Assembly: GCA_036867785.1 (NCBI GenBank) | Contig: CP145410.1 | Coordinates: 1,054,001-1,118,000, forward strand | DNA length: 64,000 nucleotides | Source of the DNA: Plasmodiophora brassicae | Taxonomy: Eukaryota | Direction of reading: 5' to 3' | The notes under the pieces: model-generated | What the model was told of the DNA's origin: nothing | Seen by the model: the letters and a program-made list of their open reading frames with translations, nothing else | Databases searched by the model: none | Translations under genes and position numbers: made by a program | Shown: positions 12,468 to 25,655 of the stretch, piece by piece | Layout: each line of letters begins with the position of its first letter | How positions within the stretch are numbered: position 1 is the first letter of the stretch

Positions 12468-15400
12468 ATGGACCCGAACGATACCAGCCGAGTGCTGTGC
12501 GACGTCCTACAACTGTCGCTGGTCCCATTACCGAAGTCGCCCAGGCCGTCGCCGGTGACATACTTGCCAGAGTTGGCCAGCGACCAGACTCTGCTTACGC
12601 TCGATGTTCTTGACCTGGCTCTGCTGGAGCGCATTCAAATGCCGTTCCCGCCGGAGCGTACCCCATTCGACTACCTTGTGGCATCGTTCGAGAATGCGTC
12701 GAAGTTGGACGACAAGGGCTTAGCGGAGACATTGGCGAAGCGGCTGGCCTCGTTTTCTGTCATAACGCTGACATCGGAGATTCTGACGGGTACGTCCCGA
12801 GACAAATCTCTACAGACATTTGTTCGTCTTCTTGGTGCCGATCCCAAGAGGAATCGTGCGCTCCCTGCTGGCTTCGTTAAGGTCATGATCGATGACGATG
12901 CTGATGAGGCGACGACGAATACCCTGTTCTCCTCTGTGCTCCACGTTATATCAACACAGGTCGGGACGGCCACGAAAATTGAGGATGTCGTTGTCCCGTT
13001 GCGTGCACTTCGTCACATTCTCGACGCTCATGGTGCCGCAGAATATTTCGTCCAAAGCCCCTACTTCAAGGTTGGCGTTGTCACTCGGTGTCCAATCTAG
13101 TGTGACTTATCGTGTGTCGGCAGGTCGTTCCATCTGCGTACTTGACAGGTGCACTGTGTGCACATCAGACAATTCTCGGAAGAGCCTTGGTCTTGTCATC
13201 CCCGCCACTGACCAATATTATGGGGAAGACGCGAGATTTCGTTGAAAGCTGGGCGCAGGGCGTCCAGGCACTCACTGAGTCTATGCATCTTCAGGTGCAG
13301 CAGGTAGGGCGCGATCCATGTTTGGAATACGTAGCGCATACTGATAGACCGTCTCTGTCCCACAGATCATCAATAAACTGCTAGTGAGCGGCCCAACATG
13401 CTTGCAGGGAGTTCTCAACTGGTTTTCCATTGTCCTTCAGACTAATGCGTCCCGAGGGCAAATGAGGTGTGTTCCGTGTACCTGTTCCGTTTGTCGTTCA
13501 AAAGTGACTTGTGTCCCTCAGGTATGACCCTATTCGGGTGGCACCTGACTCGTTCTTTTTGTCCTTCTCGGCCTTGTTACTTCGACTCGCCAAACCGATT
13601 GTCACTACAAATCCTAAAACGGGTTGGTTGTGACATTGAATGCCTCCATGTGCTGCTCTGCTAACTACGGTTTCCAGGTAGCGACAGACTAGGTCTGGTC
13701 GATTTGCGTTACTGTATTGATACGCGTCCTCCCCCAACTTGCCTCGTGTCGTGCGCCGACGTGACCCGAATGAATGCTGCCAAGGATGTTGTCGATGAGG
13801 TTCGAGCGTCGATGCAGGCCGAAGTAGACGCCATCCAGGACTATCACTTTGTCACGCACCTCATCTTCCTGACCTTGTACGGCCTGCATCTGGTTGGGCG
13901 CACACGGCCAAGTGAAGTTGCCTGATATTGACGCAACAATGGACAGGGTTTGTTACGGTCAATGCAGAATTACGCGGATTTGGCAAGACACATTCACGAG
14001 CGTCGTGAGATGGTCAATCGCATGCAGCTGTCATCGAATCCGATGGCGCAAAGGATGCGGACTCGAGAAAACGAAATTCTGGACCGTCAGTATTCAGCAT
14101 CGTACTTGTTGAGGGCGGAACTATTATCTCCTTGGATGCTCCAAGAGGCGGGTGATTTTTATGAAAAGGTTGGCTTCCGTATCAGCCGTACATGGGGTTA
14201 ACTAACCACCGACAACCTCTCATATCGATTAGATTGCAAAGTGGTTGCTACACCTGCATAAGACTACCCATCCCTTGCTGCGGTTGCTGCCTGAGTTTGC
14301 TGCTGGAGATGTAGTCGAATTCTTCATGTGGATCTCAAAGTTCGATCCAAGCGCTCTACAGAAGAGATCTTTGGACGAGCTGTTATCGTTCGTCGTCGAG
14401 TTCATGCCTGGCAGCACATCGCCGCTGAAAAATCCACATCTGCGAGGTTTCTCATGCTGTTCTCGTGTGATTTCTTCGTGATCTCATGACGTTTCAGGCA
14501 AGATTAGCGAGCTGCTGTTTGTTATGCTTCCAGACGATAGGCACCCGTCGCCTGGCCACGTTTTCGTCACTCACCCGACCCTGCGGGAGACGATTGTCGT
14601 TGCATTGCTTGATTTATTTGTATCGATATGCTGTGCGTAGTCGTAGCGAGCGTATCTCTGACATGCCTGTAGGTCGAAGTCGAGTTCACGCACGATAAGC
14701 TGACTTCCCGGCACTTGATTGCTGATATGCTCCAGTTTCTCTGGCAATACCCGGTCAGCTCAAGCAAGGCTTGGTGCCTGCTTTCTAGGCGTGTACCTTG
14801 ACGTTTTCGTTGTTACAGTTCCACCGAGAAAAGTTCCAGTCCTGTAGTGATTCGCCACGATTCATGAAGTTTCTGAACATGCTTATTAATGATGCCGTAT
14901 ACTTGCTGGATGAATCACTGAAGTGTCTGAAAACAATCCGCGAGGGTACGCTGCAACGGGTTTCAAGCGGCAACGTACTTCAACGGCAATGTAGGTCAAA
15001 CAACCCGAAATAACCGAGCTGCGTTTTCTGCAATGTCTCCAGAAGAAGTCGATTCATTTGAACAGGTCGGTTTTGGATATTGGTTCGGGTATGTCGTAAT
15101 AATTTGTGCTTCTAGGAGTTTTCTCGTGCTGAAGATAATGCTGGTGCATTCTGCAAGTTGTCCGATATCGGCGTCAAGACCCTTTGTTATTTAACTGGCG
15201 ACGAGAAGATAAGACCTCAGGTACGGTTTTCTACAGGGACCCTATGACCTTCCCTAACGGTATGCAAAGTTCCTTACCCCTCAGTTTGTTGGACGCATGG
15301 CCCAAATGATCGACTATTACATTGTCGTGCTGATTGGTCCCGAGGTGAAACCCTCATCACTGCATCATAAGACTGCCTGTTAATCCCATGGCTCTGACGA

Positions 15401-16093
15401 CGCTCTCGATGATGTAGGTGCTGGAGATCAATGTTGACAACCCTGGCAAGTACAATTTTGTTCCCCGAAACCTGCTTAGTCAGATTATCCAGATCTTTGT
15501 CAACCTGTCCGCATCGGAAGAGTTCATCAAGAGTATGTCTGGCCGCTGTCATCGTCATTTTACGTACGCTCATTGTGGGTGTCAGGCGTTGCAAACGATG
15601 AGCGAAGTTACAAGCCCAGATTGTTCCAACAGGTTCGTGGCAGTTTATTCTGCTCCGATGGCGTCTCACCCGTCGTTGATAGGCGTACAGGGTGTGTTCG
15701 AAACGGAATCTGCTGCCGCAGGCAGATTCGGCGACGTTTTTCGCCGCGCTTGAACGGGTTGCAATGGTTAAGAGCGACCTGCAAGATGAAGATACGCTGA
15801 TGACCGACATCCCGGACGAGTTCCTGGATCCCATCATGCAAAGTGTTATGCGGGACCCGGTTATATTGCCGGTTTCGAGGCAAATTATCGACAGGCCAAC
15901 TATCGAGCGCCATCTTCTCAACAATCCTACCGGTAAGCAGCTGCGATATCTTACTGCAGCCATTTCTAACAGAACTTGCTCAGATCCGTTTAATCGACAG
16001 CCGCTGTCGGTCGAGGAACTCATCCCAAATCCAGAACTGAAGCAACGCATCGACGACTGGATGCAAGAACGAAAGAGAAAGCCGTCTCAGTGA
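12468..16093 (+). CDS. UFD2: Ubiquitin conjugation factor E4 (U-box), many exons
   Basis: [37 protein letters not shown] and U-box [22 protein letters not shown]...DPFNRQPL. Confidence 0.95.
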
Positions 16094-16217
16094 CCATTCA
16101 AACCGTATCAGCGGGAATGAAAACGCATAATGAGTTGTGTTACCGGTATCTCAGTCCAGGTTGCGGCTGTCCTGCCCACGAACTGATCAGCTGGGTTCCG
16201 ATACCAAGAAGTAGAGC

Positions 16218-17560
16218 ATGGATTTCGCATCCGAACCGAGGTGGTTCTTTGCCGGTGCCACAGCCGTCCACGAAGCGGGACCGCTTCTGATGGTACAATG
16301 TCCATGCGTCAACCAGTTCGTTTCCTCATTGTATGGTGGCGGCCCTCCAATCGATGACGGCATGGCGTATCGAGCAGGCACCGGTCGGCACTTCCATCCT
16401 TGTCCACCCAGGTCGGCATCAGGGAGTGGGAAAGCGAAGCCGCCCCGGCATAGGCGGCGAGGTAGACGGTTTCCTGAATGTCCTCGGGAAACGCGTGCGT
16501 CCCCTATCTTGATCGCTCTACATCGGTGTCGGATCGGTGTTAATCCAGATGGTGCTTTCCATCACGCTTGGCCCCATTGCGGATATCGGTCACAATCGTT
16601 TCGTGCTTATGGCAACGTTCACCACGCCGCTTGGCGTGACCGAAATCTCTTTCCTGTTCGTGTCCTTCTGCACCTGGACGTACCAGTTGGCCCGCCGTCC
16701 TCGCCGTTATCGCCATCGCCGCCTATGGAAGTGCCATGGTGTTCTGCAACGCATATCTACCAATCATGGTCGCAGCCGACCCTGAAATGTTGACCGTACC
16801 AGCTGATGATCAGGAAGCCATCAAGCGAACCGCGAATCGGATCATCAGCCGATTATCAACGGCAGGGTACGTGGCGGCGTACTCGAAAGGGCTAACCATT
16901 CTAACCGGCACCACGTTACCCCCGGTCTTGTCGGGTTTCTCACGCTAATCGGTTTCAATTCGACAACGTTCCGATCGCTGCGACCTAGACCTGGTTCACC
17001 GTGATCACGGTCTTCTTTCAGATTGCTGCCCTACCCGTGGACGAGAAATGTCAACACGACCACGTACGCGAGCGTGCTGCTGACCATGTTCCTGTACCTG
17101 GTAAAATGATTGTTTCTCAGCGAAAGGCAGCCCACCGGTATGACTTTGATCGCACTTGATGCACTCGTGACTGTCATTCTGACATGGGTCTCTATCGGCC
17201 TGATACTCGGCGCTCCTACTGCTGTCAAATCATTCAACGAGATGTGGGTGCTGGTCACATACTTCGGTTTCCCAGTTGGTGTGCACACACAGGCACGGCA
17301 CTGCACGTCATCATTCAGACACTGGTAACGGTATAGGTGCAATAGGGTTGTTCTCCCGAGCGGGGCTCACTGAGCTGATCCAACGGGACATGGAGAGTTA
17401 ACTGTTCGGCCTGCTTCAGATCACCGACCGTGGGTCATCGTGACTGGGTCCAGCCCCTGGTCGGTGCGCTCTCCCGGTCTTTCGGCAGCGCCCAGCGCCA
17501 TCTCATTGCTCTGTTCTTCATGCTTGGCATATCCGTTCCCCAAGCGCTTTTTCAAATGAC
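16218..17560 (+). pseudogene. Atg22/UMF1-like MFS transporter pseudogene (3' boundary approximate)
   Basis: Fragments LGPIADIG, VFCNAYLP, ISRLSTAGY and FSRAGLTELI...LQITDRGSS*LGP; in-frame TAA at 17399-17401 and TGA at 17441-17443, plus apparent frameshifts. Confidence 0.7.
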
Positions 17561-17730
17561 TGCGAATCGTTGCCGAACGTGACCTTTAAAGCTGACATCA
17601 GGTGGCTGATGAATGCGGTCGGTATCGGGTATCCTATTTGGCCGAAACAGGGGGGAGGGGCGCAGTGCGTTGCGGCTTGCGCCATTGGCTGCGGGTGTGC
17701 ATCACGTCGTGCGGTTCGGTGTGGGGCCCG

Positions 17731-18764
17731 ATGATGTTCGGCGAGACAGACGTGATGCTGGGCGCGGTAGTCGGTGCTGTGGTGACGGTGGCGCTGTTTC
17801 TGTATATGCGCAAGGGTGAGGTGGGGAGTCGACCCGGTGGATGGCTGTACCGCTGAGCACATCCGTGTGCATAGCCGTGGCCGCCGAGGAGCCGTCGCTG
17901 GACCCGAATAAATACGTAAAGTTCAAGCTGAAGGAGAAGACCATCATCACGCATAACACGCGTCGGTTCCGGTTCGCGCTGAAGTCCAAGAACGTCATCC
18001 TTGGTCTCCCCGTCGGCAAGCATATCCTCCTGCAGGCCCAGATCGACGGCGTTACCGTCTGCAGACCGTACACGCCCACGTCGTCGAACGATGACGTTGG
18101 GTACTTCGACATTGTCGTCAAGGTCTATGATAATGGGAAAATGTCGCAACATCTGGACAAGCTGGCCATTGGGGATTCCATCGAGGTCAAAGGTCCACAG
18201 GGCCGCTTCGCGTAAGCCGGCGTTGCAGTGTGCGTGATGATTCGGTTTGCTCAGCGTGTCGGGCGTGTTCAGATACTTGGGGCTTGGCCAGTACGACATG
18301 GGTCCACGTGGTCATGGCACGGCGACGCACATTGGCATGCTGGCCGGCGGGACCGGTATCACGCCGATGCTCCAGGTCATTAAATCGATCATGCGCGACC
18401 CGAACGACAAGACGCAGATGTCCCTCATCTTTGGCAATATCGAGGAAAGGGACATCCTTCTCAGGGAGGAGCTGCAGGCTATCCAGGAGAGTCGGTCGTC
18501 GTTTAAGGTGCACCACACACTGAACACCGTAGGTTTGAGACTCCACATGGGCGGAGCGCCTCATCAGTGACGTTTCGTTCGCAGCCGCCAGAGGAGTGGA
18601 AACATGGCCGCGGGTATATCACGTCCGGGATGATCAAAGCGCACATGCCGCCGCCTGCGAAATCGACCCTGATCCTGATCTGTGGGCCAAAGCCGTTCGT
18701 CGATGCCATGATCCCTCTGCTCGACCAGCTCGGGTACACGGCTGCCATGATGTACAAGTTTTGA
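17731..18764 (+). CDS. CYB5R: NADH-cytochrome b5 reductase, N-terminal membrane anchor
   Basis: LGLPVGKHI, RPYTP, GKMSQHL, KGPQG, AGGTGITPMLQ and CGPKP. Confidence 0.95.
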
Positions 18765-18851
18765 TTTTAGACCGCACCGACAACGCCATTAGCAATACAT
18801 CTTCCCCGACTTACTTCCAGTGTGTTTCGTATATCACCCTCTCTGCATACA

Positions 18852-19721
18852 CTACTGAACTTTATACACGTCGGGTCTCTTCTGTTTCCGGATCGGTATC
18901 TGATTACGAACGCGACCAACGAGATCAAGATCGAGGTCGGCAATGACGACGTCCGGGTCATGGCCCGTCGTCGCGATGACCGTGCCCCAAGGGTCGCAGA
19001 CGCTGGAGTGACCCCAGGCCTGATAATCCTGCGGGTCCGGCGACCTAGCTGGCGACACCGTTGCCACAAACACTTGATTGTCGACAGCCCTTGCCCGTTG
19101 CAGAAGTTCCCAGTGCGCTGGCCCTGTCGTCATGTTAAACGCTCCTGGGAACACGAGTAGGTCGCACCCGAGGCCGGTAGTCGCCGCACAGAACTCACTA
19201 AACCGAATGTCGTAACAGATCCCGATGCCCACCCGAGTGCCGTCCGCCATCGAGAACGACGTTAGCGAATGGCCAGGTGACAGCGTGTCGCTCTCCCGGA
19301 ATGTGATCTTCCCCGGGATGTCCACATTGAACAGATGCACCTTGCGATGTTTGGCGATAACGTTGCCGTCGGGGGACACGACGACGCACGTGTTGTATAG
19401 CTTCTCGTCGCCGTTACGCTCCGGCATGGAGCCGCCGACGATATACGCGCCTGTTCGTTTCGCGATTGCCGCCAGCGCCGCCAGAGACGCTGACGCCGCC
19501 TGGTCGCCGCCCGCACCGGCATCGGGGACCGGTTCCGCGAACGCCGGGAACGCCTCATTCGAATACGGGCAGTTGAAGCATTCTGGCAGGACGATCAGGG
19601 TGGCGCCCTGACGAGCAGCCGCGTCCGCGGCGATGCGCGCCGCCTGCAGGTTCGCCGTCTTGTCGCCGCCCACCATCACCTGGCAGAGCCCGATCCGCAG
19701 CACGCGACGCCCACCACTCAT
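18852..19721 (-). CDS. NIT2: Omega-amidase NIT2-like (nitrilase family), single exon
   Basis: Catalytic E-K-C triad in LPECFN, HRKVHLF and GICYD; PGAFNMTTGPAHWELLQRARAVDNQ. Confidence 0.95.
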   Translation of the reverse strand: MSGGRRVLRIGLCQVMVGGDKTANLQAARIAADAAARQGATLIVLPECFNCPYSNEAFPAFAEPVPDAGAGGDQAASASLAALAAIAKRTGAYIVGGSMPERNGDEKLYNTCVVVSPDGNVIAKHRKVHLFNVDIPGKITFRESDTLSPGHSLTSFSMADGTRVGIGICYDIRFSEFCAATTGLGCDLLVFPGAFNMTTGPAHWELLQRARAVDNQVFVATVSPARSPDPQDYQAWGHSSVCDPWGTVIATTGHDPDVVIADLDLDLVGRVRNQIPIRKQKRPDVYKVQ

Positions 19722-20422
19722 CCGATCGCCACCAAAACGCAATGAACGACCCTGCGCCCAGAGAGACGCAGTGTCGCTCAGCCTCAGACTCTGACGAACG
19801 CGCACGGCGGCTGCCTGGGCAAGGCCATTGTATGATAATGTTGCACTCTGCGCGTGTTGCCTGTCGGGCCGGACCCTGCTGCAGTCGGACCGGATTTCGT
19901 GGGGTGCAGTCGACCGTGCGCCGACGGCGACGTGACTCACCGTTCCGGTGTGACTGGGGACAGCAGCGTGGACGATCATGCCGAGGCAATTTCCAAACGA
20001 AGGTCTACGGTATGCAAGGTCCTGGTCGTCGTGTCGTGTACGTCGACGGTGATGTGTTCGATGCGCGCCCGCCGTGCGTCGTGCCGCCAGCGCGCCTAGG
20101 GCAGGTCGTGTCGCACGCGTTCGAGGTGCGCCCACGCCGAAGCGCACCGCGGAAGCCCGCTGCTGCCGTCGCCGTCGTCAGCCTCGCCACGCGGCCGTGC
20201 TAAGTTCCCGATCGTCGTCCACGAGGGCCGTTCATTTCTAGAGTACACTTCGCACATGACTGCGTCCTGGCATTTGTCTGCGACCTTGCCCCGCTGCCTA
20301 GTACTGTGAACGGGCTTACAGAGTCGTTGAGCGTCTGTGCCGATTGCTGTCCGCTGTCCCTCCCAGTGTGCCGACTGCAGATAGGGACGCCAGGCGTTGT
20401 CATCGTCGTCGACATCCCCTCA

Positions 20423-21050
20423 ATGACGCCTCGACAATCGGCGTTGAACCCGACGGGCGACTCTGTCGTTGGCCAGGTCCCGGGATTGCACCCCGACACC
20501 CGTCCAGCCTCGCAGGGCCTTGTCTGGACACCGGACGGGTTCCAGCCTCAGACACCTCAGGTCCCCGCTGCTGCCGCTGCACTTTGCTGAACGCCAATGG
20601 TTGACCTGACCCTGTCCAGCCCGCGCTCGGCAACGATGGCTTGATCCCAACATCGTGCCGGTACTGCTGGGCAGAGATGCAGTACCGGAAGAAGGACGTT
20701 GACGTCAGATGCCCGCGGTGCAATCGTTTCCAAAGCCCAACCAGCCAGCGGCAGATGCGCTGTCCAAAGTGCACGGTCCTCATTCAGCACCCGCCGCGCT
20801 GCCTCTCGGTTCGCTGTCCGTCCACCCGTCGCTCGCCTGCCAGTCGTCGTTGCTAACACACCCCCCGGCCCCAGGCCCATACTGCCGCACGGAACTCTCC
20901 TGGACCACCATGCGCCAACAAGCGTACTACCTCGCCTGCCAACGCGCCACCCAGCAATACGGCCACGTCAATCGCCAGAAGAAGCGCAGCGTGATGCGCC
21001 GGCCGACGCCTAACGAAACGGCACCCCACCCGCCGCACCATAATACATAG
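20423..21050 (+). CDS. Protein with two LSD1-type C4 zinc fingers (start uncertain)
   Basis: After splicing: CRYCWAEMQYRKKDVDVRCPRC and CPKCTVLIQHPPRCLSVRCPYC. Confidence 0.65.
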
Positions 21051-21118
21051 TCCTTTGCGAACACGTTCATCATGGGCTGTGTGCCTGGCGCCGGTGGCGG
21101 TGCGGATCAGTGGACACA

Positions 21119-21142
21119 GTGTGTGTGTGTGTGTGTGTGTGT
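21119..21142. repeat. (GT)12 microsatellite
   Basis: Perfect GT run; shorter GT/CA runs at ~21373 and ~45633. Confidence 0.95.
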
Positions 21143-21498
21143 GGGTGTTGGACAAAAGCGGCGGCGGTCGCCGCCGGGTGGGAGTGGACCATTCCGGCCA
21201 GGCCACTATTGTAGAGGCTCGGGGGGAAAATTGCGTGGTACGACAACGCGAGGCCGAGGGGCAAGAAGAGCACCTACAAGCTCGCGGTTGGTGTCGGACC
21301 CCCATTCTTGTGTTCACGAACCACGACAGGAATCGGGTACGCCGTGTCAAACAGGGACGACGATAGGCCAGGGTGTGTGTGTGTGCCCGGTAGCGTACGG
21401 CAAGAGCGGGTCTGTTAGGACGGCGGCGATGAGAGGTGGGATTGTCGGCGGCGTCCTGCGCGTTCTATATAGGCGGCTGAGCTCTTGCGGTAGACGCT

Positions 21499-22728
21499 AT
21501 GGAATCGGGTGGAGCGCGCTCCCGCCTTCGCAGTACGTGTGCGACCGGGCGCCCGTGCGAACCGGCCGACGACGGGTACGCGGCGCGCCTCGAGAAGGAG
21601 ATCGGCGCGTTGGAGAACGGCACGCATCACCTGCTGCGCGCCGGCCTCGCCGACATCCAGGCGCGCAAGGCGCAGCGCATCGCCAGCGCTGAACAGTGGC
21701 GCAAGCACTGTATCGCGAATATCGAGAACGAGTTCGACGGCGCTGTCAAGGCCGCGTTCGACCAGTACGATGTAAGGCGCACCTGGCGTGCTGGTCGACG
21801 ACCGCGCTGACGATATTATTGTTTGTCGCAGGAGGACGTACGCGCGCTGAGGACGAAACTCATCGATGATATCAAGCGGAATCGGCGTCGCGCCCTTGAT
21901 ACGCACGGCGCCGACGGGTCGCCGACGAGGAAACGGCTGAGGCCCTGCCCACCGCAGACCACAACGACGAGATCGGCGGCGGCCATCGCTGGCAGCGCGA
22001 ACAAACCGGTCGCCGTGAAGCCGAGGCTGTCGGACGACGAGATCAGGAACGACATCAGGCGCATGTCGAAGGCGTTCACGCCGAAATCGTCCTTGGCCAG
22101 GCGGGTGGACGTTGTCAGGGTCGAACGCGGCGCGCTCTACGTTGGCAACGTTCGGTTCCGGGTAGGCGACTTTGTCGAATGCGGCAGGAGCCATCGCGTC
22201 GTCCTGGGGCGCGTCACGTCGATCAACGACACCGGTAACCGTGTCGCGTGGTACCCCGCATGGTAATCACTTGACGTCGGTCGGCCCGCAGAGATACACT
22301 ATATGAGCACGGACGACAAGATGGAGCATCGTCTACTGCTGGCGTACCTGCGCATGGGGTTGGCGTCGATCATGCACGTCGATTCGTCGCCCAGCGTCCA
22401 CCGGTCACCACACGAGTCCAAAACCGGCGACGTGAGCGGCGAGCTCGATGCACCCGGCGGCATTGTCGAGAGGCCCGCCGAGCACGAGCACGAAGAGGAG
22501 GACGCGGCACCACTTCCGAACGTGGACGACAGCAGGAGTAACGCCGAGGCAGCCGCCATGGCCATCATCGACGACATAACAGAAGCCGTCGTTGGAGCCG
22601 CCGTCGCCGCTGCGTCGGCGGCGTGTACAGACGACAGGGTATCCGATGTGGACGCGGACGACAAGATGGTGACCGAGGCACCGCCGCTCGCCGGTGATGA
22701 CGGGGAGCACACTGCACAAGCAGTCTAG
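21499..22728 (+). CDS. Sds3/BRMS1-like Sin3-HDAC complex subunit (multi-exon)
   Basis: LEKEIGALENGTH...AEQWRKHCIANIENEF...LRTKLIDDI, LSDDEIRNDIRRM and a C-terminal beta domain. Confidence 0.75.
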
Positions 22729-22729
22729 A

Positions 22730-23618
22730 CCAGAGGGCCTCATGGGGCGGTGTGATCTGGTAAACAATATGCCTCGTGGCTTCAAGCGTGCTCTGTGTAT
22801 TACGCCGCTGCTGGGCGCGATGGAACGCGCGCCGGTCCTCCACCAGCGTATAGGTCGCCACCTGGGCGTAATGCGTGTGCCCATTGAAGTCGATGCGAAG
22901 TGGGACAGCGCGCCCGATCCGCCCCGGCACGTTCGTGATGCGCCCCGGCACGTTCGTGATGCGCCCCTCCCCGACGTCGCCCAAGTGGCTCTCCACCATG
23001 GTCAGCACGCCCAGCGCGGTATAATCCGGTTGCCACGACCTGTGTGACACACACGATTGAGCGCGTGGCAGACGAACCCGTTCATCAGCGCCTCGATGCA
23101 GGTGGAATCGCCGATGGCGACCTGGCCACTGCACTGGACGCAATTGGGCTTCACAATCCGAACTGAGCATGGATGCCTCGGGTAGCTGGCCGGGAACCGA
23201 ACCTCCAGACGCAACGCGCCCTGATTATGCTCCGACTTCAGCCTGGCCCGGTCTCTGTTGGGCTGGCGGCCGCCCTTCAAGACGTTGTCAAAGTGTCGCA
23301 TGGCGTAAGCCCAGGTCAGGGCGTTGTCGTCCACCATGAACCACTGATGGGTACGTCCCCGGGACCGGTCGTCGTTGCCAGCAACGACCGCGTCTACTTG
23401 AACTCGGCCATAACGCGCTTGACGCCCGACAGGGACACGTCCCGTACATCCGATCCCGACGATGGTGCAACCGCGTCTGTCGTCCCCGTCGGTTTCCGCT
23501 TCGTTGTCTTCCGCGTCCCCCGTCGCGCGTTGTCGTTCGCAACGACCAGTGCCGCTTGCCCGTCCCCATCCAATTCACCGGTCGATGGCGGGTCGTCTCC
23601 GAACAGGGCCTCCATCAA
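22730..23618 (-). pseudogene. UBE2Q-like ubiquitin-conjugating enzyme, probably disabled (3' boundary approximate)
   Basis: KRVMAEFK*, LEVRFPASYP...VRIVKP, GDSTCIEAL, WQPDYT and YTLVEDRRAF; in-frame TAG at 23394-23396; the frame runs on antisense into the Sds3-like gene. Confidence 0.65.
22921..22967. repeat. 21-bp tandem duplication (encodes GRITNVP x2)
   Basis: GCCCCGGCACGTTCGTGATGC at 22921 and 22942. Confidence 0.9.
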
Positions 23619-23768
23619 ACGGTAACTGTACCTGCCCCCGGGGGGTACATCCCTGGCGTGACGTCATTGCTCGACAGTTACAGACAGATATGCCTGTCCA
23701 CGTAAGGGCCGGGCGTACGCGAGGCGCATCTGGGCGCGTGCTTACTTGCTTGCCTGGTATAATGCACA

Positions 23769-24618
23769 ATGGCGTTCAGCACGGATGACTTCCTGCAAAT
23801 GATCGACCCGGCGCAGCTGTACGGCTTCGGCAAGCGACGCACGATCTTGATCTGGACGCGGCTCCTGTCGACGATCCTGGTCCTGTACGTGGTCGTGTTC
23901 ACCGTGGTCACCGATCAGGATCCCACGCTGTACGCGCTGTACGCGACCTACTGGCTGACTATGCTGATCTTCTTGTACGTACGGCGGTCTGGGCGATCCC
24001 CCTCTGTGTCAGCCAGTAACCAGGTCGCAGGTACTTTGCGCTGGCAACGGCCATCTCCTGGTGGCAGATGTTCAAGTCGCCGCCCAGCTCCACCCTGGAG
24101 CGCATCGCCTACGTCATGTGCGAACTGGCGCTCCCGTTCAGCATCACTGTCGCTGTAATCGTCGACCTCAGGTGACATGGGCACGGCGCTGATATCGTGC
24201 GACTCAGGTTGGGTACTGGGGCGTCATCAACCCGCATGGGGTATTCGTCAACGTCGACAGGGAGATATCGAGTATACAGAACCATGCCGGAATGGCCGTG
24301 CTGATCTCGGTTGATTTCATCCTGAGCAACATCGTCCTTCTCCATCAGCATGTCGTGTTCGGCATCGGGCTCATGGCGTTCTACTTCGTTGTCAACGCGG
24401 TGTGGACTCTGACGACCAACATCCCGATCTACAATATCTTGACGTGGAGGTCGAAGAGCACGATAGCCTACGTTGTCGGCAGCATGCTCCTGTTCCCGAT
24501 CATCTACCTATCCTTGGCATCCCTGACAGCCAAGGTGCGCTCGGGGGCCACCAGGTCCAGATCCGTGTCGGAGCTGGACGACGCACACAAGGTCATCCCG
24601 GCCGCTTCCATGATATGA
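23769..24618 (+). CDS. Rolling stone/FAR-17a/AIG1-like multi-pass membrane protein, copy 1
   Basis: YATYW, VGYW, QNHAG and PIYNILTW; two introns. Confidence 0.75.
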
Positions 24619-24830
24619 TACACCGTATCTGTTCCAGACACACGACTTTATTCAGCGCCGGCATTGGCGAATGCAACGACCGCCACCACGGGGGACGGGG
24701 GCTATGACAATCTCCAGATGGAATATCACGAGATTTGTACACGACGGGAGCGTGTACGCCTGTCGTGACGGGTCGTAGGGGCGCGTGCACACGTCTTCCC
24801 CATCCCTATTGGCGTCGTCCACAGCTAACA

Positions 24831-25655
24831 ATGAGGAGCCGGTGCGACTATTTCCTGCACATCATCGACCCCGAACAGATGTACGGGTTCGGGAAACGAC
24901 GGGCCGTCTTACCCTGGACCCGCCTCGTATCGGCTGTCCTCGTCCTGTATATCATCCTGTTCACGGTGGCCACCGACCCGGATCTGTACCTACTGTACGC
25001 GACGTACTGGGTCACCATGCTCGTCTTCCTGTAAGGACGACATGGGCGGCACATTGTCAAATCAGTAACGACCGCAGGTACTTCGTCCTGGTGACGGTCA
25101 TTTCGTTCTGCCAGGTCTACCGACCCCCACCCAGCGTCACGCTGGAACGGGTGGCCTACGTTGTCTACGAACTGGCACTTCCTTTCAGTGTCACTATTGA
25201 TGTAAACACGACGTCTGTCGCATAAGGCGCTCTCGTTCACCAGAGCACAACAGGTTGGGTACTGGGCCGCAATCAACCCGGGCGGCGTATTCGGCGGCGT
25301 CGACGACGAGATATCTTCCATCCAGAACCATGCGGGGGCGTCCTTCTTAATCCTTATCGACTTCGTCCTCAGCGACATTGTTCTGCACTACCGGCATGTC
25401 GTCTTCGGCTTCGGTTTCATTCTGTTCTACCTGGTCGTCAATGCGACGTGGACATTGTCGACTGGCATTCCAGTCTACAACATCTTGACCTGGAGGTCGG
25501 CGACCACAGCCTATTACATCATTGGGGTACTCGTCCTGTTTCCTATCGTGTACTTGCCACTGGCAGCCCTAACGGTCAAGGTGCGCTCCTGGGCCACAAG
25601 AGCAGAACAGAAACGTCCTTCCTCGACGCTCAACGATGCGTCTTCCGTCCTCTAG
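24831..25655 (+). CDS. Rolling stone/AIG1-like membrane protein, copy 2
   Basis: YATYW, VGYW, QNHAG and PVYNILTW; same intron positions as copy 1. Confidence 0.75.

Noticed and set aside
17441-17443. TGA recoded as Trp or Sec
   Set aside because: A nearby TAA and frameshifts indicate decay; other genes use TGA as stop and TGG for Trp
19722-20147. N-terminal extension of the nitrilase ORF to 431 aa
   Set aside because: It starts at a non-ATG codon and looks non-coding; the ATG at 19721 gives the normal family length. A short presequence is not excluded
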